Notes: generated by a model not told the origin, from the letters alone. Counted from the stretch's first letter, positions 27,466-38,001 are shown. The stretch is DNA of 64,000 bases from Candidatus Methanosuratincola verstraetei (GCA_049570475.1 CP186953.1:960001-1024000); one strand, 5' to 3'. Numbers and translations are program-made.

Positions 27466-28614
27466 ATGCGTACCTTGATCTCTCAGGTGTGGCGTGTCAA
27501 CCTTGCGACAATGCTCTTCTTCACCATGATCCAGGTGGTCGTCCCGCTCATACCCCGGTACGCGCTGACCGTCTCCGCATCGCCTTTCCTGATAGGTTTA
27601 GCCGTGTCCGCAATCTCCATCACTGCGATCTTTCTCCGTCCGATCTCCGGTTTCCTGAGCGACTCTTGGGCAAGGTCAAAACTGATGGCGATTGGGCTTG
27701 CCTTTGGATCAGCCGCCTACCTTGTGCTGTTCCTCTCTGCCGATATCTACCAAATAATGATCGGAAGGATCCTCGAGGGGGCGGGTGTTGCCCTATTTGT
27801 GCCTTCGTCGATGGCGAGTGCGGTGGACCAGGCTCCAGAGGGCAAGGTAGGGGAGACCCTAGGGTGGAGGAGCCTGATGATCGGTCTTGGTTTCACAATT
27901 GGCCCAGCACTTGGCGGTCTTCTTGCCGAAGCCTTCGGCTACACAACGACATTCGGGATAACTTCTGTGTTGATCCTATTCCTGTTGCCCCTAGTCCTCT
28001 ACAGGGAGCCCAGGAAGGAGCGGGCAGCTTTCTCGGTCTCGATCAGGGGTCTTTTGGAGAGGCACTTTGTTGTAGCTTTCGTGAGCCTTGTCGTCTACGC
28101 AATAGCTTGGATGGGCCTACTCACCTTCCTGTCGGCTTACCTCAAGATAATTGGATATGGCGATCTCCAGATCGGGCTCTTCGTCAGCATCCAGGCGGTC
28201 TCGAGCCTCGCCCTGAGGATATTTGCGGGGCGGGCTGCCGACAAGAACCCCGCACTAATGACATACGTCGGGCTCTTCCTGATCTCATTTGCCTTCCTGC
28301 TCATAGCGCTGAATCAGGAGGCGATCCAGCTCTACATCGACGCAGTGATCTTCGGTCTTGGAATAGGCATCTTCGTGCCAGGATCGCAGACCCTCGCTCT
28401 CGCACATGCGCACGCAGGCAGCAGGGGTTTTCTCTCGAGCATATATACGATGGGGATGGATGTTGGGAACATGGTGGGCCCGCTGATGTTCGGGGCTGTG
28501 ATCCAGGCATCCGGCAGCTACCCTGATTCATTCCTAATCTCTCCCGTTCTTACTTTTGCTGCGGCGCTTGTGGTTCTGGTCCCGGAACGGATGGGTAGGC
28601 TGAAGGATAATTAG
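27466..28614 (+). CDS. MFS transporter
   Basis: Motif A GFLSDSWARSK; GRILEG; IGPALGG; 12 TM. Confidence 0.9.
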   Translation: MRTLISQVWRVNLATMLFFTMIQVVVPLIPRYALTVSASPFLIGLAVSAISITAIFLRPISGFLSDSWARSKLMAIGLAFGSAAYLVLFLSADIYQIMIGRILEGAGVALFVPSSMASAVDQAPEGKVGETLGWRSLMIGLGFTIGPALGGLLAEAFGYTTTFGITSVLILFLLPLVLYREPRKERAAFSVSIRGLLERHFVVAFVSLVVYAIAWMGLLTFLSAYLKIIGYGDLQIGLFVSIQAVSSLALRIFAGRAADKNPALMTYVGLFLISFAFLLIALNQEAIQLYIDAVIFGLGIGIFVPGSQTLALAHAHAGSRGFLSSIYTMGMDVGNMVGPLMFGAVIQASGSYPDSFLISPVLTFAAALVVLVPERMGRLKDN

Positions 28615-28653
28615 ATTTATACCACCTGCCCCTCCTGATAAACAGGGCTCCAG

Positions 28654-29988
28654 ATGCTGACACTCCATTACGGAAAAGGCACAATTCTATCAGGGAATAT
28701 CCGGGTGCCGCACTCGAGTTGGGATCCCGCTGCAAAATCATACCGTTGCCTGGCCATTCACTACCCAGAAATCACTAGATACCTGCGTGAAAGCGGAATC
28801 CGCTTTCAGGACAGTGTTATGGATCCGCTGCCCCACCCTGATTTCAGGACCGAAATCATCCCGAAGAGCTACCAACTTGAGGCACTAGACGCCTGGCTGG
28901 AGGCGGGTATGCGCGGCGTGGTGGTCCTACCCACCGGGTCTGGTAAGACCGTTCTTGGATTGCTGGCGATCCAGGAGGCAAACTGCCCTTCGATGGTGGT
29001 GGTCCCCACGATCGACCTAATGGACCAGTGGAGGACCAGGCTCTCCGAAGCTTTCCGATCGGAGGTGGGCGCATACGGCGGGGGAGAGGCAGACCTCAGG
29101 CCACTTACGGTGGCTACATATGACACAGCCTACCTCCGAGCCGAGGAACTCGGAAACAGGTTCCCTCTTATCATATTCGATGAAGTCCACCACCTCGCAT
29201 CGCCAGGTTACTCCCAGATAGCCGAGCTCTACGCCTCCCCATACAGGATGGGGCTGACCGCGACCTATGAGCGGGAGGACGGTCTGCACAGCAGGCTCCC
29301 TGACCTTGTCGGCCCGAAGGTCTACGAGAAGAGAGTATCGGACATGGCTGGAATCCACCTCGCCAACTTCCGGATCGAGCGGATCCATGTCGACCTCCCC
29401 TGCGATGAGGCCGAGGAATATGCGCGTGCGATGGGCGTCTACAGGGGATTCTTGAGGAGTAGGGGATTGAGGATGCGCTCGCCCGAGGACTTCAGGCGCC
29501 TGGTGATGATGAGCGGGCGGGATCCGGAGGCAAGAGAAGCGATGCTCTCGAGGATGAAAGCAATGGAAATTGCCCTCAACTCCAACTCTAAGATAAATGC
29601 ACTAAGGGAAATCCTTGAAAAGAACCGAGGCGAGCGGACCCTCATCTTCACCCACCACAACTCGCTCGTTTATGAGATTAGCAAAGCCTTCCTCATCCCT
29701 GCAATAACGCACGAGACGCCTAAGGAAGAGAGGGCGAGGATCCTCAGGAAGTTTAGGGAGGGCGCCTACAGCACCATAGTAACCTCCCGGGTCTTGGACG
29801 AGGGCATCGACGTGCCGGAGGCGTCCCTGGGGATAATACTGAGCGGGACAGGTTCGAAGAGGGAGTTCGTCCAGCGTCTGGGCAGGCTCTTGAGGAAGAG
29901 CGGCGACAAGGAGGCGAGGCTGATCGAGGTTGTTTCAAGGCTCACCGACGAGTCTAGGATAAGCAGCAGGCGGAGGCACGGCGTCTGA
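28654..29988 (+). CDS. xpb: XPB/Rad25 SF2 helicase
   Basis: LPTGSGKT, FDEVHH, GLTATYERED (RED motif), QRLGRLLR. Confidence 0.92.
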   Translation: MLTLHYGKGTILSGNIRVPHSSWDPAAKSYRCLAIHYPEITRYLRESGIRFQDSVMDPLPHPDFRTEIIPKSYQLEALDAWLEAGMRGVVVLPTGSGKTVLGLLAIQEANCPSMVVVPTIDLMDQWRTRLSEAFRSEVGAYGGGEADLRPLTVATYDTAYLRAEELGNRFPLIIFDEVHHLASPGYSQIAELYASPYRMGLTATYEREDGLHSRLPDLVGPKVYEKRVSDMAGIHLANFRIERIHVDLPCDEAEEYARAMGVYRGFLRSRGLRMRSPEDFRRLVMMSGRDPEAREAMLSRMKAMEIALNSNSKINALREILEKNRGERTLIFTHHNSLVYEISKAFLIPAITHETPKEERARILRKFREGAYSTIVTSRVLDEGIDVPEASLGIILSGTGSKREFVQRLGRLLRKSGDKEARLIEVVSRLTDESRISSRRRHGV

Positions 29989-31520
29989 TGCTCCCTTCCG
30001 AATTGCTGGTGGCGAGGATCAAGGGAGGGGTGATTTGCCCTGGATACCTCAGCCCTGATGGAGCGGACGGGGCTCTCGCAGCACGCCTCATCTCGATCTA
30101 CTCGAAGAGCCTGGGAAAGAAGAAAGCCGAGATCTCAGGCGCAGCCAAAAAGATCGAGTCCGAGGGTAACGATTTCAGAGTGGTAAGGGGGCTCTGCGCC
30201 CTCCTAGACAGGCTCTCAGTCTTCGAGGTCAGGAGCCCAGTCGACCCCCAGGCACTCAGGGAAAGCCTGTTCGCCCGCGGGGCGCCGGTCCTTGACGAGG
30301 TGGGGCGCCGAGAGGTGCTGGGGGATGCTGCTGCGAGGTTCAGGATTAAACCAGATGAGATACTGCGTTACATCTGGGCAGACCTGCCCGACGAGAGGGT
30401 CTTGGCCTCTTTCTCTGCGCCTTCGCCCGATGAGCTGATCGCCTCGTACAACCTCTCTCTGACCCAGACGCTATTGTTTCGGGCCACCTTTCTCGAGGTC
30501 TCGGCGAAAGGAAATCTGCGTCCGATATTCGGAGGAGTCAAGCGCCTTGGACTGATGTATTCGATCAGGGCGGCGGACGGGAACTCGGCATCAATATCAA
30601 TAGAGGGTCCAGCCTCGATGCTTAAGCTGACCGAGAGGTATGGGACATCACTCGCAAAGTTACTCCCGAAGGTCTTGGAATCGGAAGAATGGGAGATCCA
30701 TGCGCAGATCTCTAGGGGATCATTCGGAAAGAAACGGCTGCTCGACTTCCGCCTGAGCTCATCAGACGGGATCCCCTTCCCGGAGGTCCCAAGACAGGAC
30801 GAGGGGTACGACAGCTCTGTGGAGGAATCTTTCGCGAGGCGTTTCAGGGCATTGGAGACCCGGTGGGTCCTCCTTCGTGAACCAGGACTGATATCAACGC
30901 CGGCTGGGATCCTGATACCGGACTTTGCGTTCGAACTGGGCGGGCGGAGGATCTACCTTGAGATTGTCGGCTTTTGGACTCCGGAGTATCTCGAGAAGAA
31001 GATCTCGAAGCTGAACTCCCTGCCTCCTGGGATCGAATTCATAATCGCGGTGAACCGGTCGCTGGCTTCTGCCGACCGTTTCCGGAGATCGGGGAAGAAC
31101 ATCGTGGAGTTCGATGACGAAGTCCCGCTCAGGCCTATTCTTGGCATCCTCGAGGAGGTCGAGAGGTCTGCCTCAAAGGATAGTGAAAAAAAGCTGCGGG
31201 GCCTAAAGATCGAGCCAAAATCTGACGTGGTCGATCTGGCTGAAATTGCTGCGAGGCTGGGGGTCCCCTGCGATGCATTGGTGGGGGCGATTGCAGAATC
31301 GCCTCCCAAGGGATACTCGCTAGCAGGGGAGTACCTGATCTCGGAGCGGACGGTCAGCGAGTTGCACAGAACACTGTCGACAGAGAGAAACCTTGGTGCG
31401 ATCGAAGAGAGATTCAGGGCATTCGGGATCAAGAATGCGATTCCTGTATTGACCAAGCTCGGATATTACGTCAGGTGGACTGGCTTGTCGCCTGGATCAG
31501 CCGAAGTCCAGAAAAAGTGA
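29988..31520 (+). CDS. bax1: Bax1 nuclease (DUF790), partner of XPB
   Basis: MLPSELL, YNLSLTQTLLF, TERYGTSLAKLLP, YDSSVEESF, IPDF, EIVGFWTPEYL; coupled to xpb. Confidence 0.9.
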   Translation: MLPSELLVARIKGGVICPGYLSPDGADGALAARLISIYSKSLGKKKAEISGAAKKIESEGNDFRVVRGLCALLDRLSVFEVRSPVDPQALRESLFARGAPVLDEVGRREVLGDAAARFRIKPDEILRYIWADLPDERVLASFSAPSPDELIASYNLSLTQTLLFRATFLEVSAKGNLRPIFGGVKRLGLMYSIRAADGNSASISIEGPASMLKLTERYGTSLAKLLPKVLESEEWEIHAQISRGSFGKKRLLDFRLSSSDGIPFPEVPRQDEGYDSSVEESFARRFRALETRWVLLREPGLISTPAGILIPDFAFELGGRRIYLEIVGFWTPEYLEKKISKLNSLPPGIEFIIAVNRSLASADRFRRSGKNIVEFDDEVPLRPILGILEEVERSASKDSEKKLRGLKIEPKSDVVDLAEIAARLGVPCDALVGAIAESPPKGYSLAGEYLISERTVSELHRTLSTERNLGAIEERFRAFGIKNAIPVLTKLGYYVRWTGLSPGSAEVQKK

Positions 31521-31536
31521 TTCCACTCCGAGAGAC

Positions 31537-31631
31537 TGGTGCTCTGGCCGGGATTTGAACCCGGGTCACTGGCTCTCTTCGCCAAAAGGCACGAAAGGCC
31601 AGTATACTTGACCGGACTATACGACCAGAGC
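31537..31631 (-). tRNA. tRNA-Glu(TTC) with 17-nt intron at 37/38
   Basis: CTGGC-CTTTCG|TGCCTTTTGGCGAAGAG|A-GCCAG; clean BHB; CCA. Confidence 0.93.
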
Positions 31632-31750
31632 ATCGTCGCACTAAATTCTCTGTAGCCTTTAATAATTTTTCCTCCCCCGCCTTCAGGTGCCGAAAACTTA
31701 TCAGGTCCAGAAAAAAGTTAATAGTGTAGTCAGGAATGAAATCAATAGTT

Positions 31751-31838
31751 GCGGGGGTCGCCAAGTCAGGTTAAAGGCGCAGGGCTTAGGACCCTGTGGC
31801 GAAGGCCTTCGTGGGTTCGAATCCCACTCCCCGCACCA
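31751..31838 (+). tRNA. tRNA-Leu(TAG)
   Basis: CAGGG-CTTAGGA-CCCTG arm, long variable arm, GTTCGAATC, CCA. Confidence 0.95.
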
Positions 31839-31945
31839 AAAACACAGAATCTGCAAATACAGCCTGAGCCGAGGCAGTCTTTTGGGGGCTCAGGAGAGTA
31901 GGCTCCAATGCAAGAAATGTTGATCTTGGTAAGCGCTAATTATTC

Positions 31946-32314
31946 TCAGGGAGAGCTTTTTCCTTCAGATATTCTGGCGCCCTTCTCTAGAAACTTCCCG
32001 TATTCAGCCAATATCTCGCCAAAGGCACTGATGAAGTACCTGCACGCCTTGTCGAGCCCTTCCCTTCCGCGCTCGGAGAGTGAGTACCTTGTCTCCCTCC
32101 CGGCCCTTTCCATTCGGACGAGCCCCCTCTTCCGCAGCTCCTTGAGCGCCGGGTATATTGTGCCTGGCGTCGGCCCCCTCCCTTTTCTCCGCGCGATCTC
32201 CCTGCAGATCTCCTGGCCGTTCATCGGGCGCTTCGAGAGCAGCCATAGTATCTGGAACGAGAGCATGCCCCTCATGTCGCAGCAGAATGGCATCTCAGGA
32301 CAACACTCGCTCAT
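31946..32314 (-). CDS. PadR-family regulator with N-terminal Cys pairs
   Basis: RGMLSFQILWLL, PTPGTIYPALKEL, YSLSERG; N-terminus MSECCPEMPFCCD. Confidence 0.88.
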   Translation of the reverse strand: MSECCPEMPFCCDMRGMLSFQILWLLSKRPMNGQEICREIARRKGRGPTPGTIYPALKELRKRGLVRMERAGRETRYSLSERGREGLDKACRYFISAFGEILAEYGKFLEKGARISEGKSSP

Positions 32315-32370
32315 AAAATTATATTGTACGCCCAATATATTTAATAGTTCCCTGAGACATTTGGTGCCTA

Positions 32371-33141
32371 ATGCTGGTGGCTGAAGTGCGAAGAGATGTT
32401 AAGCATCTTGTCAAGAAGAGGTACGCCAAGATAGCGGCCTCCGGGGGTTCCTGCTGCCCTTCGTGCGGCTGCGGAGGCGGCAATACGAGCGTGCATATTG
32501 GGGGGTACTCTGAAGGCGATCTGGCAAAGGCACCTCCAGAATCAAGGATGGGGCTTGGGTGCGGCAACCCAGTCTCCTACGCGGATATCAAGCCAGGCGA
32601 GGCGGTACTGGATCTAGGGTCCGGCGGCGGAATGGACGTTTTCTTGGCAGCGCAAAAAGCAGGCCCGGATGGGCGGGTCATAGGCATTGACATGACCGAT
32701 GAGATGCTGGATCGGGCAAGAGGGGCTGCAGTAAGGCACGGGTTCAATAATGTTGAATTCAGGAAGGGGGAGATCGAGGTTGTCCCCCTCGAGGATTCGT
32801 CGGTCGATGTCGTCATCAGCAACTGCGTGATCAACCTCTCGACGGACAAGGCTCGCGTCTTCAGGGAGATCAAAAGGATCCTGAAGCCAGGGGGCAGGAT
32901 GGTGGTTTCCGACGTCGTCACAAACGGGGGTCTGCCCGAGCACGTCAAGAGCAACCCTGAAGCCTGGGCTGCCTGCGTCGCTGGAGCGCTTGATAAAGAC
33001 GAATACCTTCGTTTAATAAATGAATCAGGTTTGGAATGCGCAAGAATTCTTGCTGAATCAGGATACTCGGAGGGATTGCCCGAAGAGATCGCTGGAAAGC
33101 TCAGCAGCATAACTGTTTATGCTGAGAAACCGAGAGCCTGA
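32371..33141 (+). CDS. arsM: Arsenite S-adenosylmethyltransferase
   Basis: VKKRYAKIA..SCC, LGCGNP, LDLGSGGG, ISNCVINL, WAACVAGA. Confidence 0.92.
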   Translation: MLVAEVRRDVKHLVKKRYAKIAASGGSCCPSCGCGGGNTSVHIGGYSEGDLAKAPPESRMGLGCGNPVSYADIKPGEAVLDLGSGGGMDVFLAAQKAGPDGRVIGIDMTDEMLDRARGAAVRHGFNNVEFRKGEIEVVPLEDSSVDVVISNCVINLSTDKARVFREIKRILKPGGRMVVSDVVTNGGLPEHVKSNPEAWAACVAGALDKDEYLRLINESGLECARILAESGYSEGLPEEIAGKLSSITVYAEKPRA

Positions 33142-33207
33142 TCTGAGCACATCACGCCCCCTTCTCTCCTCCCCTCTTTTCTTCCAGTTTTTTACGGAGA
33201 GGTCTGC

Positions 33208-33244
33208 GAAAGCTCCGATGCTTTAGCGGGAGAAGCGCGAGTCA
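33208..33244 (+). repeat. Solitary IS200/IS605 right-end-like motif
   Basis: GAAAGCTCCGATGCTTTAGCGGGAGAAGCGCGAGTCA resembles 42827-42860. Confidence 0.4.
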
Positions 33245-33361
33245 GCCCCCAGGTCACGGCACATGCGGAAAAGCAACTTATTTTGCGAGAAACATTTAAA
33301 CGGAGGATGGTTCAAGCGACTAATGACGTAGGAGGATGTGCTTTGGGGGGCGAAACATCCG

Positions 33362-35953
33362 ATGGCGAATCAAGCAAACACGATAGAATTGACATGCATG
33401 CCGCCCTCCATAAAGACAGAAGAGCTTGCATCCCTCCCTCTCGAAGAGGTCTTTTCAAGACTGCGTACGGACGAATCAGGTCTCACTTCTAAAGAGGCCA
33501 AGTCAAGGCTGCAGGTCTGCGGAAGGAACGAGATTGCAAGGAGGAAGAAGCGATCTGCGGTTGCAGATTTTCTGCTTCACTTCAAGAGCCCGCTTCTGGT
33601 GATCCTGATTTTCGCCGCAATCCTCTCAGGCATCCTCGGCGAGCTCATCAACACGGGCATAGTGTTCTCAATAGTCCTGATCAGCGTCATGCTGGACTAC
33701 TTCCAGGAAGCGAAGGCTGAGAGGGCAGCCCAGCTGCTGAAGGAGAAAGTGAGCACGACCGCCACGGTGCTAAGGGACTTGAAGAAGCAGGAAGTTGGTC
33801 TTGCCGAGATAGTCCCTGGCGATGTGATCTACCTCTCGGCTGGGGACATCGTGCCCGCGGACGCGAGGTTAATCGCCGCCAAGGATCTCTTCGTAAACCA
33901 GTCTGCGCTGACAGGTGAGTCGATCCCAGTCGAGAAGATGCCCGTAGATGCGATCTCGAAGGGTGCCCCGATGGAGGAGTGGCGGAACCTGCTTTTCATG
34001 GGTACCTCAGTGGTAAGCGGAACTGGCAAGGCTGTCGTGGTCAGGACCGGCGCCAACACCGAGTTTGGGAAGATAGCGAGGAAGCTCGTAGGAAGGGCAC
34101 CCGAGACCGACTTCGAGAGGGGCCTGAAGGGATTCGGTTATATGATCATGCAGGTCACCTTCGTGCTCGTGATCTTCGTATTCTTTGTCAACGCACTCTT
34201 CAAGCGCGACCTACTCGAGTCGCTGCTCTTCTCAGTCGCGTTAGCCGTCGGCCTCACGCCTGAGCTGCTACCGATGATACTGTCGATCAACCTCTCGAAC
34301 GGCGCTCTTGCGATGTCTAAGAAGGGGGTCATTGTGAAGCGCCTTTCGTCCATCCAGAACTTCGGGACGATGGACGTGCTGTGCACCGACAAGACCGGGA
34401 CGCTCACGGAGAATAAGATCAAGCTGGTGCTCCACGTCGATCTCGATGACAGGGAGGATGAGAGGGTCCTGCTCTTCTCATACCTGAACAGCTATTTCCA
34501 GACCGGGCTCAAGAGCCCCCTTGACGAAGCGATCCTTGCATACAGGAACTTGGAGATATGCCGCTACAGCAAAGTGGACGAGGTCCCATTTGACTTCGTG
34601 AGGCGAAGGGTTTCCGTGGTCGTGGACTATGAGGATCAGCGCCTGATGGTGACCAAGGGAGCTCCCGAGTCTATCCTTGAGGTCTGCTCGTACTGCGAAT
34701 ACGAAGGCAGGACCGTAGACATGACCCCAGAACTGGCAGCGAGGGTTGAGGCTCAGTACAGGAGGCTTAGCGCCGAAGGCTTCAGGGTGCTCGCGGTTGC
34801 CTACAGCAAGCTGAAGGAGCGCAAGCCCTCCTATTCGATTGGCGACGAGGTCCACATGGTCTTCTTGGGCCTTGTTGCATTCCTAGATCCTCCGAAGGAG
34901 GATGCGCGAGAGTCGCTGAAGCTCCTCAAGGGCGCCGGGATAGAGCTGAAGATCCTGACCGGAGACAACGAGCTCGTGACCAAGAAGGTCTGCGACGATC
35001 TTGATTTTGAGATAAAAGGGCTCGTCCTGGGGAGCGAGATCGCCCAGATGCATGACGATGCCCTCTCCAGGGTAGTGGAGGAGGCTAACGTCTTCGCCAG
35101 GCTCACGCCTGCCCAGAAGGACAGGATCATAGCCGCGCTGAGGCAAAACGGGCACGTTGTCGGCTTCCTCGGCGACGGCATAAACGACGCCCCGTCCATG
35201 CGGACTGCGGACGTCGGGATATCTGTCGACAATGCGGTCGACGTAGCGAAGGAGGCCGCAGACATTATCCTCCTCAGGAAGAGCCTCACCGTGCTCGAGG
35301 AGGGTGTCATCGAGGGGAGGCAGACCTTCGGAAACACAATGAAGTACATAATGATGAACGTCAGCTCTAACTTCGGCAACATGTTCAGCGTCGCGGGGGC
35401 ATCGCTCTTCCTGCCCTTCCTGCCCATGCTCCCCACCCAGATACTGCTCAACAACCTCCTCTACGACTTCTCCCAGTTCACGATAACGACAGATCACGTC
35501 GACAGAGACTACCTCGAAAAGCCGAAGCGATGGGACATTTCTTTCATAAAGAGGTTCATGGTCGTTTTCGGGCCAATCAGCTCCCTCTTCGACTTTATAA
35601 CCTTCTTTGTTATGCTGTACGTCTTCAGTGCTGATGAGCCTCTGTTCCAGACTGCTTGGTTCACCGTATCCCTTTGCACCCAGACCATGATCGTATTCGC
35701 GATCAGGACGCGTGCAGTCCCATTCTTCAGGAGCCGCCCAAGCAGGACGCTTGCAGCAGGTAGCTTAGCCATCGTAGCAGCGGCGCTGCTCGTTCCTTTT
35801 TCCCCAATTGGCCCCCTCTTCTCGTTCGTAGTTCCCCCTGCAGGCTTCTACGTCTTTCTGGCTCTGGTACTTGGTGCCTATTTCCTCATCACCGAGTCCG
35901 TTAAGAGATGGTTCTACAGGCGATACAACTTTGCCATGACCAGATCCAGATGA
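33362..35953 (+). CDS. mgtA: Mg2+-transporting P-type ATPase (P3B)
   Basis: LTGES, GLTPELLP, DKTGTLT, GDGINDAP, SSNFGNMFS, QILLNNLLYD. Confidence 0.93.
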   Translation: MANQANTIELTCMPPSIKTEELASLPLEEVFSRLRTDESGLTSKEAKSRLQVCGRNEIARRKKRSAVADFLLHFKSPLLVILIFAAILSGILGELINTGIVFSIVLISVMLDYFQEAKAERAAQLLKEKVSTTATVLRDLKKQEVGLAEIVPGDVIYLSAGDIVPADARLIAAKDLFVNQSALTGESIPVEKMPVDAISKGAPMEEWRNLLFMGTSVVSGTGKAVVVRTGANTEFGKIARKLVGRAPETDFERGLKGFGYMIMQVTFVLVIFVFFVNALFKRDLLESLLFSVALAVGLTPELLPMILSINLSNGALAMSKKGVIVKRLSSIQNFGTMDVLCTDKTGTLTENKIKLVLHVDLDDREDERVLLFSYLNSYFQTGLKSPLDEAILAYRNLEICRYSKVDEVPFDFVRRRVSVVVDYEDQRLMVTKGAPESILEVCSYCEYEGRTVDMTPELAARVEAQYRRLSAEGFRVLAVAYSKLKERKPSYSIGDEVHMVFLGLVAFLDPPKEDARESLKLLKGAGIELKILTGDNELVTKKVCDDLDFEIKGLVLGSEIAQMHDDALSRVVEEANVFARLTPAQKDRIIAALRQNGHVVGFLGDGINDAPSMRTADVGISVDNAVDVAKEAADIILLRKSLTVLEEGVIEGRQTFGNTMKYIMMNVSSNFGNMFSVAGASLFLPFLPMLPTQILLNNLLYDFSQFTITTDHVDRDYLEKPKRWDISFIKRFMVVFGPISSLFDFITFFVMLYVFSADEPLFQTAWFTVSLCTQTMIVFAIRTRAVPFFRSRPSRTLAAGSLAIVAAALLVPFSPIGPLFSFVVPPAGFYVFLALVLGAYFLITESVKRWFYRRYNFAMTRSR

Positions 35954-36111
35954 ATGAAGGGCGCCCTGCATGAACCTCTCATGACTGCTTTATGGATTTC
36001 CTGCGCCAATGACCTAATCATGACCGGATCTGCGCCAAAAATCCCCAAATGTTGCCATCGGGAACGTTAAAATATATTCTCACTGATATAATGATCTGGT
36101 GCATTTATTCT

Positions 36112-36543
36112 ATGAAAGTGCCAGAGAACATACGCGAAGCCTTTTCCAAGGCGCTCAAGTACAGGCGGGCGGTAGTTGGGACAGCCTCGAAAGGCGGCAT
36201 ACCGAATGCAGTACCCATAGGCGTCGGCAGGTTCATCGACGGCGAGACACTCTGCCTTGTGGACAACTACTTCCTCAAGACAAGGAAGAATCTCGAGGAG
36301 AATCCTTATGCGGCCGTGACATTCTGGGTATCCGAGGAAAAGGAAGGCAAGATAGTCACCAACGAGGGCTACCAGCTGAAGGGAAGGGTCGAGATCCAGA
36401 CCAGCGGCGAACTTTACGAGAAGATCAAAGCAGAGACCAAGGCGATAAGGGCAGACTTCCCGGTGAAAGCAATCGCCCTCTTGAGGGTAGACGAGATCTA
36501 CGACGTAAAGGCCGGCCCAACCGCAGGTAGAAGAATCATATAA
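36112..36543 (+). CDS. Pyridoxamine 5'-phosphate oxidase-like FMN-binding protein
   Basis: GTASKGGIPNAVP, DNYFLKTRKNLEENP, GYQLKG. Confidence 0.88.
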   Translation: MKVPENIREAFSKALKYRRAVVGTASKGGIPNAVPIGVGRFIDGETLCLVDNYFLKTRKNLEENPYAAVTFWVSEEKEGKIVTNEGYQLKGRVEIQTSGELYEKIKAETKAIRADFPVKAIALLRVDEIYDVKAGPTAGRRII

Positions 36544-36564
36544 GTTGCAAGAGGGCTCCCATCA

Positions 36565-36939
36565 ATGCCTCCCCCATTTTCTGACCCCCAGAGCTTTTCC
36601 GGAAGGACAGGACACAGGTTCAATCACATAATAAAGAGCCTTCCTGACGATCCTTCGCAGGGGCTGACGATTGAGGAACTCCTCCTTAAACTGAGGGCTA
36701 CCGGGTACAGGGGAGGCATCGAAGGTCTAAGGGTGGATCTACAGGAGCTTATAAGGCGGGGCGAGGTTGGGCAGTCCGAACAGGAAGGGAAGAATGTTTA
36801 CTGGTGCCTCCCCCGGGGGAGGTTGGAGCTCAGGAAGAGGTCTGCCCTGATCAGGCTACACAACATGGAGCTCGGCGAGGACGAGATCAGAAAGCTAGAG
36901 GAGATCGTCGAGAAGCGCGGATCGAAGAATCAGGCATAG
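36565..36939 (+). CDS. Hypothetical winged-helix-like protein
   Basis: GLTIEELL...LRVDLQELIRRGEV...VYW pattern. Confidence 0.55.
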   Translation: MPPPFSDPQSFSGRTGHRFNHIIKSLPDDPSQGLTIEELLLKLRATGYRGGIEGLRVDLQELIRRGEVGQSEQEGKNVYWCLPRGRLELRKRSALIRLHNMELGEDEIRKLEEIVEKRGSKNQA

Positions 36940-36993
36940 CAAAACTTATTTGCCAATCCTTGTTATGCCTCAAATCACGTGAGGTTAATTGAA

Positions 36994-37176
36994 ATGGTGT
37001 CCGTAAAAGTCGATCCGGAAAAGTGCAACGGCGATGCGATCTGCATCTCTATCTGCCCTGTGAGCGTCTTCGAGCTCAACAACAACAAGGCCGTTCCTGT
37101 AAGGGAGCAGGACTGCATCCTCTGCATGGCATGCGTTGCGCAGTGTCCCACCCAGGCGATTGAGGTAAAAGAGTAG
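36994..37176 (+). CDS. Dicluster ferredoxin
   Basis: CNGDAICISICP and CILCMACVAQCP. Confidence 0.92.
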   Translation: MVSVKVDPEKCNGDAICISICPVSVFELNNNKAVPVREQDCILCMACVAQCPTQAIEVKE

Positions 37177-37209
37177 AGTGACAATCACTCACCCCTCTTA
37201 TCTTTTCCA

Positions 37210-37944
37210 TCACTTTTTGGTATCTGATTGTCTACCTTCCTCACTGCCCTTCTCTTTTCTTTTCTTTTTTCCTCTTCTCTCTCGCTTTGTGCCCTCGCTC
37301 CTTCCCAATCCCACCTTGTAATATTCGCAGAATCCTGTAAGCGGGCAGATCCAGCACCTCGGCCCGATTGGCTTGCAGATCTTCTTCCCGAACATCACGA
37401 ATGTGTCATTGACCTCAGCCCAAGTTCTCTTGGGGAAAATCCCCATCAGCTCGCCCTCCGTTTCTTCGGGGGTCCTCGTTGCGACCAGCCCAATCCGGTT
37501 CGCAATCCTGTGGACATGGGTATCGACAGGTATGGCCTCTAACCCGAAGCCGTAGACCAGGACGCAGTTTGCAGTCTTCCTGCCGACCGATGGGAGCTCA
37601 AGTAACCCTTCGAGATCCCTCGGGACTTCCCCGCCGTGCTTTTCGGTTATCTCCCTAGCGATCTTGATGATGGCCCGGGCCTTGTTCCTGTAGAAGCCGA
37701 CCCCGCGTATTAGATCCGCAACCTCGCTCTCTGCAGCGGCGGCGAGTTCCTGCGGCGTCCTGAACCGTTCGAAAAGCCTCATTGCCGCCTCAGACGTCCT
37801 CTCGTCCCTTGTCCTGTGGGAGAGGACAGTGGCTATGAGGACCGCAAACGGGTCCTTTAGCCTGTCCTCCACCGCCGCCAGGGCTGTCTCCCCCTTGCCC
37901 CCAAGCGCAGCCTTCATTGCGCGCAGGATGTCAACTGGATCCAA
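37210..37944 (-). CDS. nth: Endonuclease III
   Basis: HhH LPSVGRKTAN, PVDTHVHR, CKPIGPRCWICPLTGFC. Confidence 0.95.
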   Translation of the reverse strand: MDPVDILRAMKAALGGKGETALAAVEDRLKDPFAVLIATVLSHRTRDERTSEAAMRLFERFRTPQELAAAAESEVADLIRGVGFYRNKARAIIKIAREITEKHGGEVPRDLEGLLELPSVGRKTANCVLVYGFGLEAIPVDTHVHRIANRIGLVATRTPEETEGELMGIFPKRTWAEVNDTFVMFGKKICKPIGPRCWICPLTGFCEYYKVGLGRSEGTKRERRGKKKRKEKGSEEGRQSDTKK

Positions 37945-38001
37945 TCTACCACCAGCAGCTTTAATATCCCTCTTAAGTCAGCTATAAATAGTGAATCTGC
38001 G

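Noticed and set aside
31504-31720. GTCCAGAAAAA repeated on both sides of tRNA-Glu as a possible att or target duplication
   Set aside because: Only about 11 bp, A-rich, and no mobile gene between the copies
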